Shown: positions 9,760 through 17,757, counted from the stretch's first letter. The stretch: DNA of 64,000 nt from Alphaproteobacteria bacterium (GCA_041398025.1 JAWKVM010000006.1:516-64515); one strand, 5' to 3'. Translations and numbers: made by a program. The notes: generated by a model from the sequence alone, not told the origin.

Positions 9760-11126
9760 ACGGCCTCCAGATAGCTTTGATATTCGAACTCGGTGACCTC
9801 GGCGGCGAAGCGCTCCATCTCCTGGCGCTTGGCCGCAACGATCATGGATCGAAGCGTCGGGTTCAGGATCTCGTCGACCAGCGCGGTCTCGTCGAAGGCG
9901 AAGGTCGCGGACGCCCAGTCCGGCGGCAGATGGGGCAGGTCGAGACCGTAGGTGTCGCCCGTGACCGGTGCGGGTGGGGCGACCTCGCGCTCGATGCCGA
10001 TCAGCGCCGCCCCCAGGATCGCGGCCAGCACCAGATAGGGATTGGCATCGGCGCCGGCGACCCGGTGCTCGATCCGCCTGGCCGCGGGCGCGCCGCCCGG
10101 AATGCGAAGGGCGGTGGTGCGGTTCTCGTAGCCCCAGGCTTCGGCCACCGGCGCGTGCGTCCCCTTTCTCAGCCGCCGATAGGAGTTTTCGTGGGGCGCG
10201 AACAAGAGGGTGGACGGCCCCATCGCCTGGATCAGCCCGCCGACGGCGTGGCGAAGCTTCTGGCTTCCCCGATCCGAGCCGTCGTCGAAGACGTTCCGTC
10301 CGTTCCGGTCGAGCAGGCTGAAATGCACGTGCAAGCCGTTGCCGGAGCGGTCGCCATAAGGCTTGGCCATGAAGGTCGCGGCCAGACCGTGATGGCGCGC
10401 CACCGCCTTCACCAGGCGCTTGAAGAACAGGGCGTCATCAGCGGCCTTCAGCGGGTCGGCGACATGCAGGAGATTGATCTCGAACTGGCCGCAGCCATTC
10501 TCGGAGATCGCGGCGTCGGCCGGCACGTCCTGGGCTTCGCAGGCGGCGTAGACATCGTCCAGGAAGGGCGAAAACGCATCGAGCTCGTCCGTGGACAGCA
10601 CGCCGTCGAAGGCCATGCGCCGGTCCGAACCTGGAAGCAGCGGCGGCTTCGGCCGTGCCTCGCCCGGGTCCACCAGATAGAATTCGAGCTCGGTCGCGAC
10701 CACCGGGGTCAGGCCTTTTTCGGCAAAGCGTGCGGTGATCGCCGCGAGCGCCCGCCTGGGATCGGCGGCGTAGGGCGTGCCGTCCTCATTGGCCATCCAG
10801 AGCGGCAGCAGCCCGGTCGCACGCTCGCCCAGGACCATGGGCAGCAGGCCGCGCTCGGTCGGCTCGAGAACGCCGTCGGCATCGCCGGTCTCGAACACCT
10901 GGGCATTGCCGAGCACGTCGCAGCCCCAGATATCGACACCGAGAGTCGAGAGCGGCATTCTCAGACCGCCGTTCAGCGCCTTCTCGATCTGGGCGCGCGG
11001 CAGGCGCTTGCCCCGGAGATTGCCGTTGATGTCGGCGACCGCCGCGGTGACATGGCCGATCTCGGGATGCGCCGCGAGCCAGCGCTCCGTCGCTTCCCTC
11101 GCCGTCGGTCGATTCCCTGACACCAC
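9756..11126 (-). CDS. Glutamine synthetase family ligase (gamma-glutamyl-polyamine synthetase PuuA-like)
   Basis: The 456-aa ORF has GS catalytic-domain motifs: ATFMAKPYGDRSGNGLHVHFSL, NSYRRL, ENRTTALRIP, RIEHRVAGADANPYL. Confidence 0.9.
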   Translation of the reverse strand: MVSGNRPTAREATERWLAAHPEIGHVTAAVADINGNLRGKRLPRAQIEKALNGGLRMPLSTLGVDIWGCDVLGNAQVFETGDADGVLEPTERGLLPMVLGERATGLLPLWMANEDGTPYAADPRRALAAITARFAEKGLTPVVATELEFYLVDPGEARPKPPLLPGSDRRMAFDGVLSTDELDAFSPFLDDVYAACEAQDVPADAAISENGCGQFEINLLHVADPLKAADDALFFKRLVKAVARHHGLAATFMAKPYGDRSGNGLHVHFSLLDRNGRNVFDDGSDRGSQKLRHAVGGLIQAMGPSTLLFAPHENSYRRLRKGTHAPVAEAWGYENRTTALRIPGGAPAARRIEHRVAGADANPYLVLAAILGAALIGIEREVAPPAPVTGDTYGLDLPHLPPDWASATFAFDETALVDEILNPTLRSMIVAAKRQEMERFAAEVTEFEYQSYLEAV

Positions 11127-11140
11127 GTCCTCCTTGCATT

Positions 11141-11210
11141 TGTGATAGAGTTAGATATAATGTGATCACATTTTTTGTGTCAACAGGAATTTTTGATTTT
11201 GTGATATCAT
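11141..11210. promoter_or_regulatory. AT-rich divergent promoter region with TGTGAT-type operator candidates
   Basis: The region lies between the GS-like gene (minus) and the GntR gene (plus). It contains tgtgatagag (11141), the perfect 10-bp palindrome TGTGATCACA (11161-11170), and tgtgatatca (11200-11209, core TGATATCA). The palindromes match the general GntR/FadR operator shape (t.GT...AC.a). Confidence 0.45.
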
Positions 11211-11270
11211 TTTTCTGGCCTATGGTTCCGGCCGCATCCCGTTGTCGACAAGCCTGTGCGAGGTGGTTTG

Positions 11271-11978
11271 ATGTCCCCATCCCTGAAGTTGTCCGATCTG
11301 CCGGCATCCGGCGGCGAGACCCTGCAGGAGCAGGTCTACCAGCGCCTCAGGCGGTCGATCATGATCGGCGAGGTGCGCCCGGGCGTGGCGCTCACCATCC
11401 GCGGCCTGGCCGAAGCCCTCGATGTCAGCCCGACGCCGGTGCGCGAAGCGCTCAGGCGTCTGTCCGCCGAACGCGCGCTCGCCGTGCTCGACAATCGCCG
11501 GGTGATGGTGCCGGAGATGACCGTGCAGCGCTTCGAGGAGCTCCTTGCGCTGCGCGTCACCCTCGAAACCCACGCGGCCGAGCGCGCGCTTCCTTATATA
11601 AGCGACAGTCTTGTCAGCATGTTGGTGTCGATCGACGGTTTGATCGACACGGCCCTCGATAATGACGACTACGAGGAGGTGATCGTCACTAACCAGGCCT
11701 TCCACATCCGCCTCTACGAGGCCAACCCCCACCAGCAGGCCCTGCCGATGGTCGAGAGTCTGTGGCTGCAGTTCGGCCCGTTCCTGCGGCTCGCCGCGCT
11801 GAACCTGAAGGAGCATTACCGCTTCGACCGGCACAAGGAGGCGATCGAGGCCCTGCGCCGGCGCGACCCCCTGGCGCTCAGGGTGGCGATCGAGGCGGAT
11901 ATCCGCGACGGCATCGGCCATATCGGCCGCGACGGCCTGCTCCAGGCCTTCGTCGACGCAAAGGGCGCGCTGCGCTGA
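11271..11978 (+). CDS. GntR/FadR-family transcriptional regulator (wHTH + FCD domain)
   Basis: The sequence LQEQVYQRLRRSIMIGEVRPGVALTIRGLAEALDVSPTPVREALRRLSAERAL is a classic GntR wHTH. The C-terminus is helical and FCD-like. I set the start at ATG 11271, which follows gaggtgg. Confidence 0.9.
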   Translation: MSPSLKLSDLPASGGETLQEQVYQRLRRSIMIGEVRPGVALTIRGLAEALDVSPTPVREALRRLSAERALAVLDNRRVMVPEMTVQRFEELLALRVTLETHAAERALPYISDSLVSMLVSIDGLIDTALDNDDYEEVIVTNQAFHIRLYEANPHQQALPMVESLWLQFGPFLRLAALNLKEHYRFDRHKEAIEALRRRDPLALRVAIEADIRDGIGHIGRDGLLQAFVDAKGALR

Positions 11979-12007
11979 CCGAGCCGAGGATAGAGGTCTT
12001 GAGAAAA

Positions 12008-12036
12008 GTGATCACATTAATAAAATGTGATCACGA
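12008..12036. promoter_or_regulatory. Two further GTGATCAC palindromes just downstream of the GntR gene
   Basis: The sequence is aGTGATCACAttaataaaaTGTGATCACg, with cores at 12009-12016 and 12028-12035 and a centre-to-centre spacing of 19 bp. The core matches the one at 11162-11169. Confidence 0.4.
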
Positions 12037-12300
12037 TTGATGCGGCATCGCCGCCCTCCATTCGTAGCGCCCGTCCGCGGCCGCTCCCCGTTGGGCAGCC
12101 CCTGTCACCTGCTCGCTCCACCGATCCGGATCGATCGATCAGATTCCAGCTGGAAAACCTGATGCATCGTCAACGAGGTCGTGCCGCCGCGCCTGAATCG
12201 CGAAGAGGGCGCCGCGGCAGCAGGCCGCTGCGAGCCAGTCACCGGCATGGGCTTCCTGCCGTTAACGCTGCTTTAACCTCCAGCGACTACTTTTCTTAAA

Positions 12301-12412
12301 TGGTCCATGCGACCGTGGGAATCCGCGCGGCCGGGAAGAGAAGGTGGGGCGGGGCGCGGACTCCCAGGATCGCATGGACCAGATCGACGAGATTGGCACC
12401 AGCGGGTTAAGA
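12301..12412. repeat. Long imperfect hairpin repeat element (REP/RIME-like), copy 1
   Basis: The left arm is tggtccatgcgaccgtgggaatccgcgc (12301-12328). The right arm is gcgcggactcccaggatcgcatggacca (12355-12382). Together they give a roughly 28-bp stem with 3 mismatches. A 25-nt core, GGACTCCCAGGATCGCATGGACCAG, recurs in inverted orientation at 63892-63916. The element sits between convergent genes. Confidence 0.6.
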
Positions 12413-12462
12413 TTTTCTTTCACATGCGCCCATAAGATCGACGCTGTCGTCACGGTCGCGTC

Positions 12463-13668
12463 CTACACGGGCCGTCGTGCCGATGGGGTGACGGCGGGGA
12501 AAAGGGCGATGGGCGGCACGGCCAGAAGGGCGGCTGCCGCCATCACCAGCATGGCCGTCTCGATCCCGAACCGATCGCCGACGAGACCGAACAGCCAGGG
12601 TCCGATGGCGGCGGCGAAGCTCGTCAGCGAGTACATGATCGCATAGCCGCGCGCCATGCGCCGGGGGTGGATGAGATCGGCGACCAGCCCATAGGTGATG
12701 GACGTCGATCCCTGGGCGACGACGCCGAGCGGCAAAAGCAGGATGAAGGCCAGCCAGGCGGGCGCCATGACCACCGCGACCAGCCCCAGGCACGTCAGCA
12801 GCTGAACCAGCGCGAAAGCCGGGCGCACGCCGAGATGCTCCGCGAGATAGCCGCATCCGGCCTTGCCGAAGACACCGCCGGTCAGAAGCGCCACCGTCGC
12901 CATGGTGGCGAGATAGAGCGGCAGGCCCTTGGCGATCATCAGGAAGGCGATGAACACCAGCACGCCCGCCTGCACCAGGTTGTCGATGGATATGACCACC
13001 AGCAGCGTGCCGAAGGCCCGCCAGCTCAGGACGCCCCAGCCGACATCGTCGCCCTGGCGACGCTCCGGGCGACGATCGCTGCCGCCGGTCGGCCGCGGCC
13101 TGAGCCGCCTCGTGGCGAGAGCGACGGCCGCCGCTGCCAGAATCGCCGTCAGCCCGAAGACGATCGAGATCTGCTGCCAGGCGAGGCCGGCGCCCGCGGC
13201 CAGGCTGAAGAAGGCCGAGAAGCCGAGCTTGCCGACATCGCCCGAGGAGTTGTAGAGCCCGAGCGCGCCCCGCCGCCCTCCCTCCGCATAGGCCGTGCTG
13301 ACCAGCGCCGACGAAGGAGAATGCTGAAACGCCGTGCCCGCGCCGACGATCAGCAGGCACGCCATGACCAGCGATGGATGGGATGCCGCCGCCAGCGAGG
13401 CGTAGCCGAGGCCGGACAGGATCAGCCCGAAGACGAGCGTGCGCCCTTCGCCGATCCGCTCGGCAAGGATGCCGGAATACATCTCGAGAACGGCCTGCGT
13501 GAGGCTCTTCAGGCCCTTGACCAGCCCGGCCTGGGCATAGGTGAAGCCAAAGGCCTGTGACAGGATCGGCAGCAGCACATAGGTCGCCGCGGTCAGCCCG
13601 TCCTGGACCGCATGCGCCGTGCAGCCGACGGCGAGAGCGGTTCGAGGATGGGAGGGCGAGGCGGGCAT
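12463..13668 (-). CDS. MFS transporter
   Basis: The 401-aa ORF has about 12 hydrophobic segments and an MFS-like loop 2-3 (GILAERIGEGRT). Confidence 0.85.
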   Translation of the reverse strand: MPASPSHPRTALAVGCTAHAVQDGLTAATYVLLPILSQAFGFTYAQAGLVKGLKSLTQAVLEMYSGILAERIGEGRTLVFGLILSGLGYASLAAASHPSLVMACLLIVGAGTAFQHSPSSALVSTAYAEGGRRGALGLYNSSGDVGKLGFSAFFSLAAGAGLAWQQISIVFGLTAILAAAAVALATRRLRPRPTGGSDRRPERRQGDDVGWGVLSWRAFGTLLVVISIDNLVQAGVLVFIAFLMIAKGLPLYLATMATVALLTGGVFGKAGCGYLAEHLGVRPAFALVQLLTCLGLVAVVMAPAWLAFILLLPLGVVAQGSTSITYGLVADLIHPRRMARGYAIMYSLTSFAAAIGPWLFGLVGDRFGIETAMLVMAAAALLAVPPIALFPAVTPSARRPV

Positions 13669-13848
13669 GCGGCTGCTCTATCACACAATTTTTCTCATGT
13701 CCGCTTCATGTCGGCTTCAGGCACGCGGCCGACGACCTCTGCCTGCCTGAACCTCACATCACGGCTGTCGATCGATGACAGGCGAAGTCTCGATTGCCGG
13801 AAGGGCGGGCCCGATCATGGCCCGACACGCAGCGAGGTCTATTCTTCC

Positions 13849-13879
13849 TTGACCTTCCAGTAGCTGGAATGACTATGTC
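13849..13879 (+). promoter_or_regulatory. MerR/CueR-type promoter: -35 TTGACC, 19-bp spacer with dyad, -10 TATGTC
   Basis: The -35 TTGACC is at 13849-13854. The spacer ttccagtagctggaatgac is exactly 19 bp and contains the dyad TTCCAG-ta-GCTGGAA. The -10 TATGTC is at 13874-13879. A GGAGG RBS and the ATG at 13908 follow. The overlong 19-bp spacer with an internal dyad is the hallmark of MerR-family activated promoters. Confidence 0.7.
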
Positions 13880-13907
13880 TCCTGTCCGACAGAGGACGGA
13901 GGTCGAC

Positions 13908-16352
13908 ATGGCTGTCTCCAAGGCCGCAAAGGCCAGCACCATCTTGCGCGATCCGGTCTGCGGCATGACCGTGGACCCGGAGGCCGGCAAGCCCTTCGCC
14001 GAGCATGACGGCCATCGCTATCACTTCTGTGCCGAGCGCTGCCGCGAGCGGTTTCTGGCGGACCCCGAGGCATTCGTCAGCGCCGAAGACCCCGTCTGCG
14101 GCATGCACGTCGATCGGGCGAGCGCCCGCTTCATGGCGAAGCATGCGGGCGAGCGCTTCTATTTCTGCTCGGCGCACTGCCAGGAAAAGTTCGAGCAGGC
14201 GCCCGAGGTTTTTCTCGGCGATCGGCCCGCCCCCGAGCCGATGCCGGCAGGCACGCAATATACCTGCCCGATGGACCCGGAGATCATCAGGGACGAGCCG
14301 GGCGACTGCCCGATCTGCGGCATGGCGCTGGAGCCGATGATGCCGTCGGCGGATGCCGGCCCCAACCCGGAACTGGTCGACTTCAAGCGCCGCCTTTGGA
14401 TAGGGGCACCCTTGGCGCTGGCGGTGTTCGTGCTCGAGATGGGCACCCATGTCGGCATCCCGTTCGACCGATGGCTCGGCCATACCGCCTTCCTGTGGCT
14501 GCAGGCCCTGCTGGCAGCACCGGTGGTGCTCTGGGTCGGCGCGCCGTTCTTCAAGCGCGGCTGGTCCTCGATCGTCAACCAGAGCCCGAACATGTGGGAT
14601 TCTGGATCGCGCTCGGCACCGGCGCCGCCTTCCTGTTCAGCGTCGTCGCCCTGTTCCCGAGCGTCTTCCCGAGCGATGCGAACCGAGGCCGGCGGGCCTC
14701 TGCCTATTTCGAGGCGGCCGCCGTCATCATTCTCGTCCTCGTCGGCCAGATCATGGAGCTCAGCGCGCGCGAGCGCACCGGCGATGCCATCCGCGCGCTC
14801 ATGAACCTCGCCCCAAGACCGCACGCCGGGTGACCGATCGCGGCGGAGAGGACGCTGCTCGACGAGGTTGAGACCGGTGACCGACTGCGCGTGCGTCCGG
14901 GTGAGAGCGTGCCGGTGGACGGCGCGCTGATCGAGGGCCGCTCCTCGGTCGACGAGAGCATGCTCACCGGCGAGCCGCTGCCGGTAGAGAAGGCCGAGGG
15001 CGATCAGGTCACCGGCGGCACGCTCAACAAAGCCGGCAGCTTCGTCATGCGCGCGGACAAGGTCGGCAATGAGACCATGCTCGCGCGCATCGTCGAACTG
15101 GTCGCCAAGGGCGCAGCGTTCCCGCGCCCCGATCCAGGCGCTGGCCGACCGGGTCGCCGGTATTTCAGCCGACGGTGGTCGGGATCGCCGCGCTCGCTTT
15201 CCTCGCCTGGCTCCCGATCGGGCCATCGCCGGCCTTTGTCCCACGCCCTGCTCGCCGCCGTCAGCGTGCTGATCATCGCCTGCCCCTGCGCCCTCGGCCT
15301 GGCGACGCCGATGTCGATCATGGTCGCCACTGGCCGTGGCGCCCAGGCGGGGGTGCTGATCCGCGACGCCGAAGCGCTCGAGCGTTTTTCGCATGGACGC
15401 CATCGTGGTCGACAAGACCGGCACCCTCGCTCGAGGGACGGCCGACGTTGACGGACTGCGTGCCCGCCAAGGATGTCGAAGAAAAACGCCTGCCGCAGCT
15501 TGCGGCCAGCCTGGAGCAAGGGTCCGAGCATCCGCTGGCCGAGGCGATCGTCGAGGGGGCTAAAGGGCGCGGCATCGACCTGCCGTCCTCCGAGGGCTTC
15601 GAGGCGGTCATACCGCGCGGGCGTGCGCGGCAAGATCGACGGCCGGGACGTGGCGCTGGGCAATGGCGCGATGATGTGGATCTGGGCGTCGACATCGAGC
15701 CGATGAACGATGATGCCGAGCGCCTGCGCGAGTCCGGCAAGACCGCCATGTTCGTCGCGATCGACGGCAAAGCGGCGGGCATCGTCGCGGTCGCCGACAA
15801 GGTCAAGGAAACGACCTCGGAGGCGATCCGGGCGCTGCATGAAGCAGGGCTGCGCGTCATCATGGCGACCGGCGACAACCGGCGCACGGCCGAGGCGGTG
15901 GCCGGCCCGCTCGGCATCGACGACATCCGCGCCGAGGTCAGCCCCGAGGACAAGGCCGCGCTGGTCAAGGAGCTGCAGGACCAGGGTCTCAAGGTCGCCA
16001 TGGCCGGGGACGGCGTGAACGACGCGCCGGCGCTGGCGGCGGCCGATGTCGGCATCGCCATGGGCACCGGCGCCGACGTCGCGGTCGAGAGCGCCGGGTT
16101 CACGCTCGTGACAGGGGCGATCTTTCGGGGATCGTGCGCGCGAGAAAACTTGCAGAAGTGACCATGAACAACATCCGCCAGAATCTTTTCTTTGCGTTCG
16201 TCTACAATGCGGTGGGCGTGCCGATCGCTGCGGGCGTGCTGTATCCGCTGTTTGGTCTGCTGCTGTCGCCGATGATCGCGGCCGTCGCCATGAGCCTGTC
16301 CTCGGTCTCGGTGATCGGCAACGCCCTCCGCCTGCGCCAGGCGAGAATTTGA
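13908..16352 (+). pseudogene. copA: Copper-translocating P1B-type ATPase (CopA/ActP-like) with about 11 reading-frame switches
   Basis: All family motifs are present but spread over three frames. Segments in order: two YHS/TRASH repeats (DPVCGMTVD...HFCAERC; DPVCGMHVD...YFCSAHC) and YTCPMDPEI...CPICGMALEP; IALGTGAAFLFS...YFEAAAVI; KTARRV; [16 protein letters not shown]...ESMLTGEP; [17 protein letters not shown]; [12 protein letters not shown]; [19 protein letters not shown]; IVVDKTGTL; GRPTLTD...SEHPLAEAIV; GVRGKIDGRDVALGNGAMM; MATGDN...[29 protein letters not shown]; [23 protein letters not shown]...ALRLRQ. The identity call is firm. Pseudogene versus assembly error is unresolved. Confidence 0.85.
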
Positions 16353-16363
16353 GGAGAGGAGGC

Positions 16364-16771
16364 ATGAATATCGGCGAAGCGGCGGAACAGAGCGGCCTGC
16401 CGGCGAAGACCATTCGCTATTACGAGGATATCGGCCTGGTGGCGCCGAGCGGGCGCAAAGCCAACGGCTACCGGGACTATGACGAGCAGGACCTCGCCCT
16501 TTTGAAATTCGTGCAGCGTGCCCGCTCCCTCGGCTTCACCGTCGAGGAATGCCGCGAGCTGCTCGACCTCTACCGCGACCGCAGCCGGGCCAGCGCCGAC
16601 GTCAAGGCCCTGGCCGAGAGCCGCATCGCCGACATCAGGCGCAAGATCGCGGAGCTGCAGAGCATGGAGGCGACGCTCAGCGAGCTGGTCCGGCATTGCC
16701 ACGGCGACGCGCGCCCGGACTGCCCGATCCTCGACGATCTGGCGGGTCGGCAACGGGAAGGACGGCATTGA
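16364..16771 (+). CDS. cueR: Cu(I)-responsive MerR-family regulator (CueR/HmrR)
   Basis: The N-terminus MNIGEAAEQSGLPAKTIRYYEDIGLV is a MerR HTH. A coiled-coil dimerisation helix follows. The C-terminal metal loop is CHGDARPDC (C-x7-C, as in CueR). GGAGG precedes ATG 16364. The gene starts right after the copA stop. Confidence 0.9.
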   Translation: MNIGEAAEQSGLPAKTIRYYEDIGLVAPSGRKANGYRDYDEQDLALLKFVQRARSLGFTVEECRELLDLYRDRSRASADVKALAESRIADIRRKIAELQSMEATLSELVRHCHGDARPDCPILDDLAGRQREGRH

Positions 16772-16929
16772 AAGTCGTGCCTGTACCTGCTCGCCGAGAA
16801 CAGATGCGCGGCCTTGCGACGTGCTATGGGATGAGCGTGGTCGCGGTCTTTTGAACCTATCCTTGCCTGCGCCGCAGGCTGCGCAGCCCCAAGCGTCCAT
16901 CGAGGAAAGAAGACGGAGGATTCCCGGAG

Positions 16930-17406
16930 ATGAACACGACTATAGATATCAGGCGCCGCAGCTTTCTCGGCGTGGTCGCCGCTATCGCCCTGACACCGGC
17001 CCTGCCGGTGCGCGCGGCTGAGGGTACGCTCGTCAAGGTCTACAAATCGCCGACCTGCGGCTGCTGCTCGATGTGGGTCGAGCATCTGCTGGCGAGCGGC
17101 TTCGAGGTGGAGGCCGAGGACGTCGCCGACCTCGACGCCGTCAAACGCATGGCCGGCGTGCCCGGTCACCTGCTCGCCTGTCACACGGCGATGGTCGACG
17201 GCTACGTCATCGAAGGCCATACGCCGGCTGCAGCGATCGAGAAACTTCTTGCCGAACGCCCCGCGATCCGCGGTCTCGCGGTGCCCGGCATGCCCGCGGG
17301 CTCACCCGGCATGCCCAGCTCCGAGCCGGAGCGCTATGACGTGATCGCCTTCGGCGGCGGGGAGGACCACGTCTTCATGAGCTTCGTCGAGACCGATCCC
17401 GTCTGA
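16930..17406 (+). CDS. DUF411 metal-binding protein (CopG-like), Tat-type signal
   Basis: An RRSFLGVVAA twin-arginine leader is present. The YKSPTCGCCSMWVEHL and GLAVPGMPAGSPGM motifs are typical of DUF411 copper-resistance proteins. Confidence 0.85.
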   Translation: MNTTIDIRRRSFLGVVAAIALTPALPVRAAEGTLVKVYKSPTCGCCSMWVEHLLASGFEVEAEDVADLDAVKRMAGVPGHLLACHTAMVDGYVIEGHTPAAAIEKLLAERPAIRGLAVPGMPAGSPGMPSSEPERYDVIAFGGGEDHVFMSFVETDPV

Positions 17407-17595
17407 AGGCGGCGACGTAGCCCCGTAGACCAAGCGCCGGCGATCCGGTCGTGGTGTCGAGGCTCGGGTTTCACAATTCCTTAACCCTCGTCGGATAGAA
17501 CCTCACGATAGGAAAACTTAGAGTGAGGACTTTTCTTATGGTTGAGGGCATGTCGACGCTGCGCAGCAGGCTGGCGGCAAGGTCAGTCGTGTATC

Positions 17596-17615
17596 CTGTT
17601 GAAAACACGTTGAAA
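17596..17615 (+). promoter_or_regulatory. Possible Pho-box-like direct repeat upstream of phoD
   Basis: The sequence ctGTTGAAAacacGTTGAAA has two 7-nt direct repeats with 11-bp periodicity, which is the PhoB-box geometry. It matches the CTGTCAT consensus only partially. It lies about 140 nt upstream of the phoD start. Confidence 0.25.
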
Positions 17616-17757
17616 GCCTTTCCATACGCGCCCTCACCAAGCTATCCCGGGCTTGTCGCCATCCTGCCTTGCAACAACGTGATAAGGAGAACGAACGAGC
17701 AACGCTGAGATCCTGATCGTTGCCTGCCGGTCGAATGGACCGTCTGGAATCAGGAGG

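Noticed and set aside
12027-12299. A 90-aa plus-strand ORF starting inside the second GTGATCAC palindrome, considered as the target gene of the operators.
   Set aside because: Its composition is Arg/Ser/Pro-rich, it has no RBS and no motif, so it looks non-coding. A small RNA or gene remnant remains possible (see findings).
13908-16352. Programmed ribosomal frameshifting, as described for E. coli copA, as an explanation for the copA frame changes.
   Set aside because: The known case involves a single -1 site producing a short N-terminal product. Here about 11 switches in both directions are spread through the catalytic core, and no slippery-site pattern is evident.
16772-16929. A second CueR-type promoter upstream of the DUF411 gene.
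   Set aside because: I looked for a -35/-10 pair with a 19-20-bp spacer and an internal dyad. Only a weak TTGAAC with no matching dyad or -10 was seen.
17523-17708. A 61-aa ORF in the low-GC spacer before phoD.
   Set aside because: It has no RBS, no motif and an odd composition. The spacer is more likely regulatory or non-coding.
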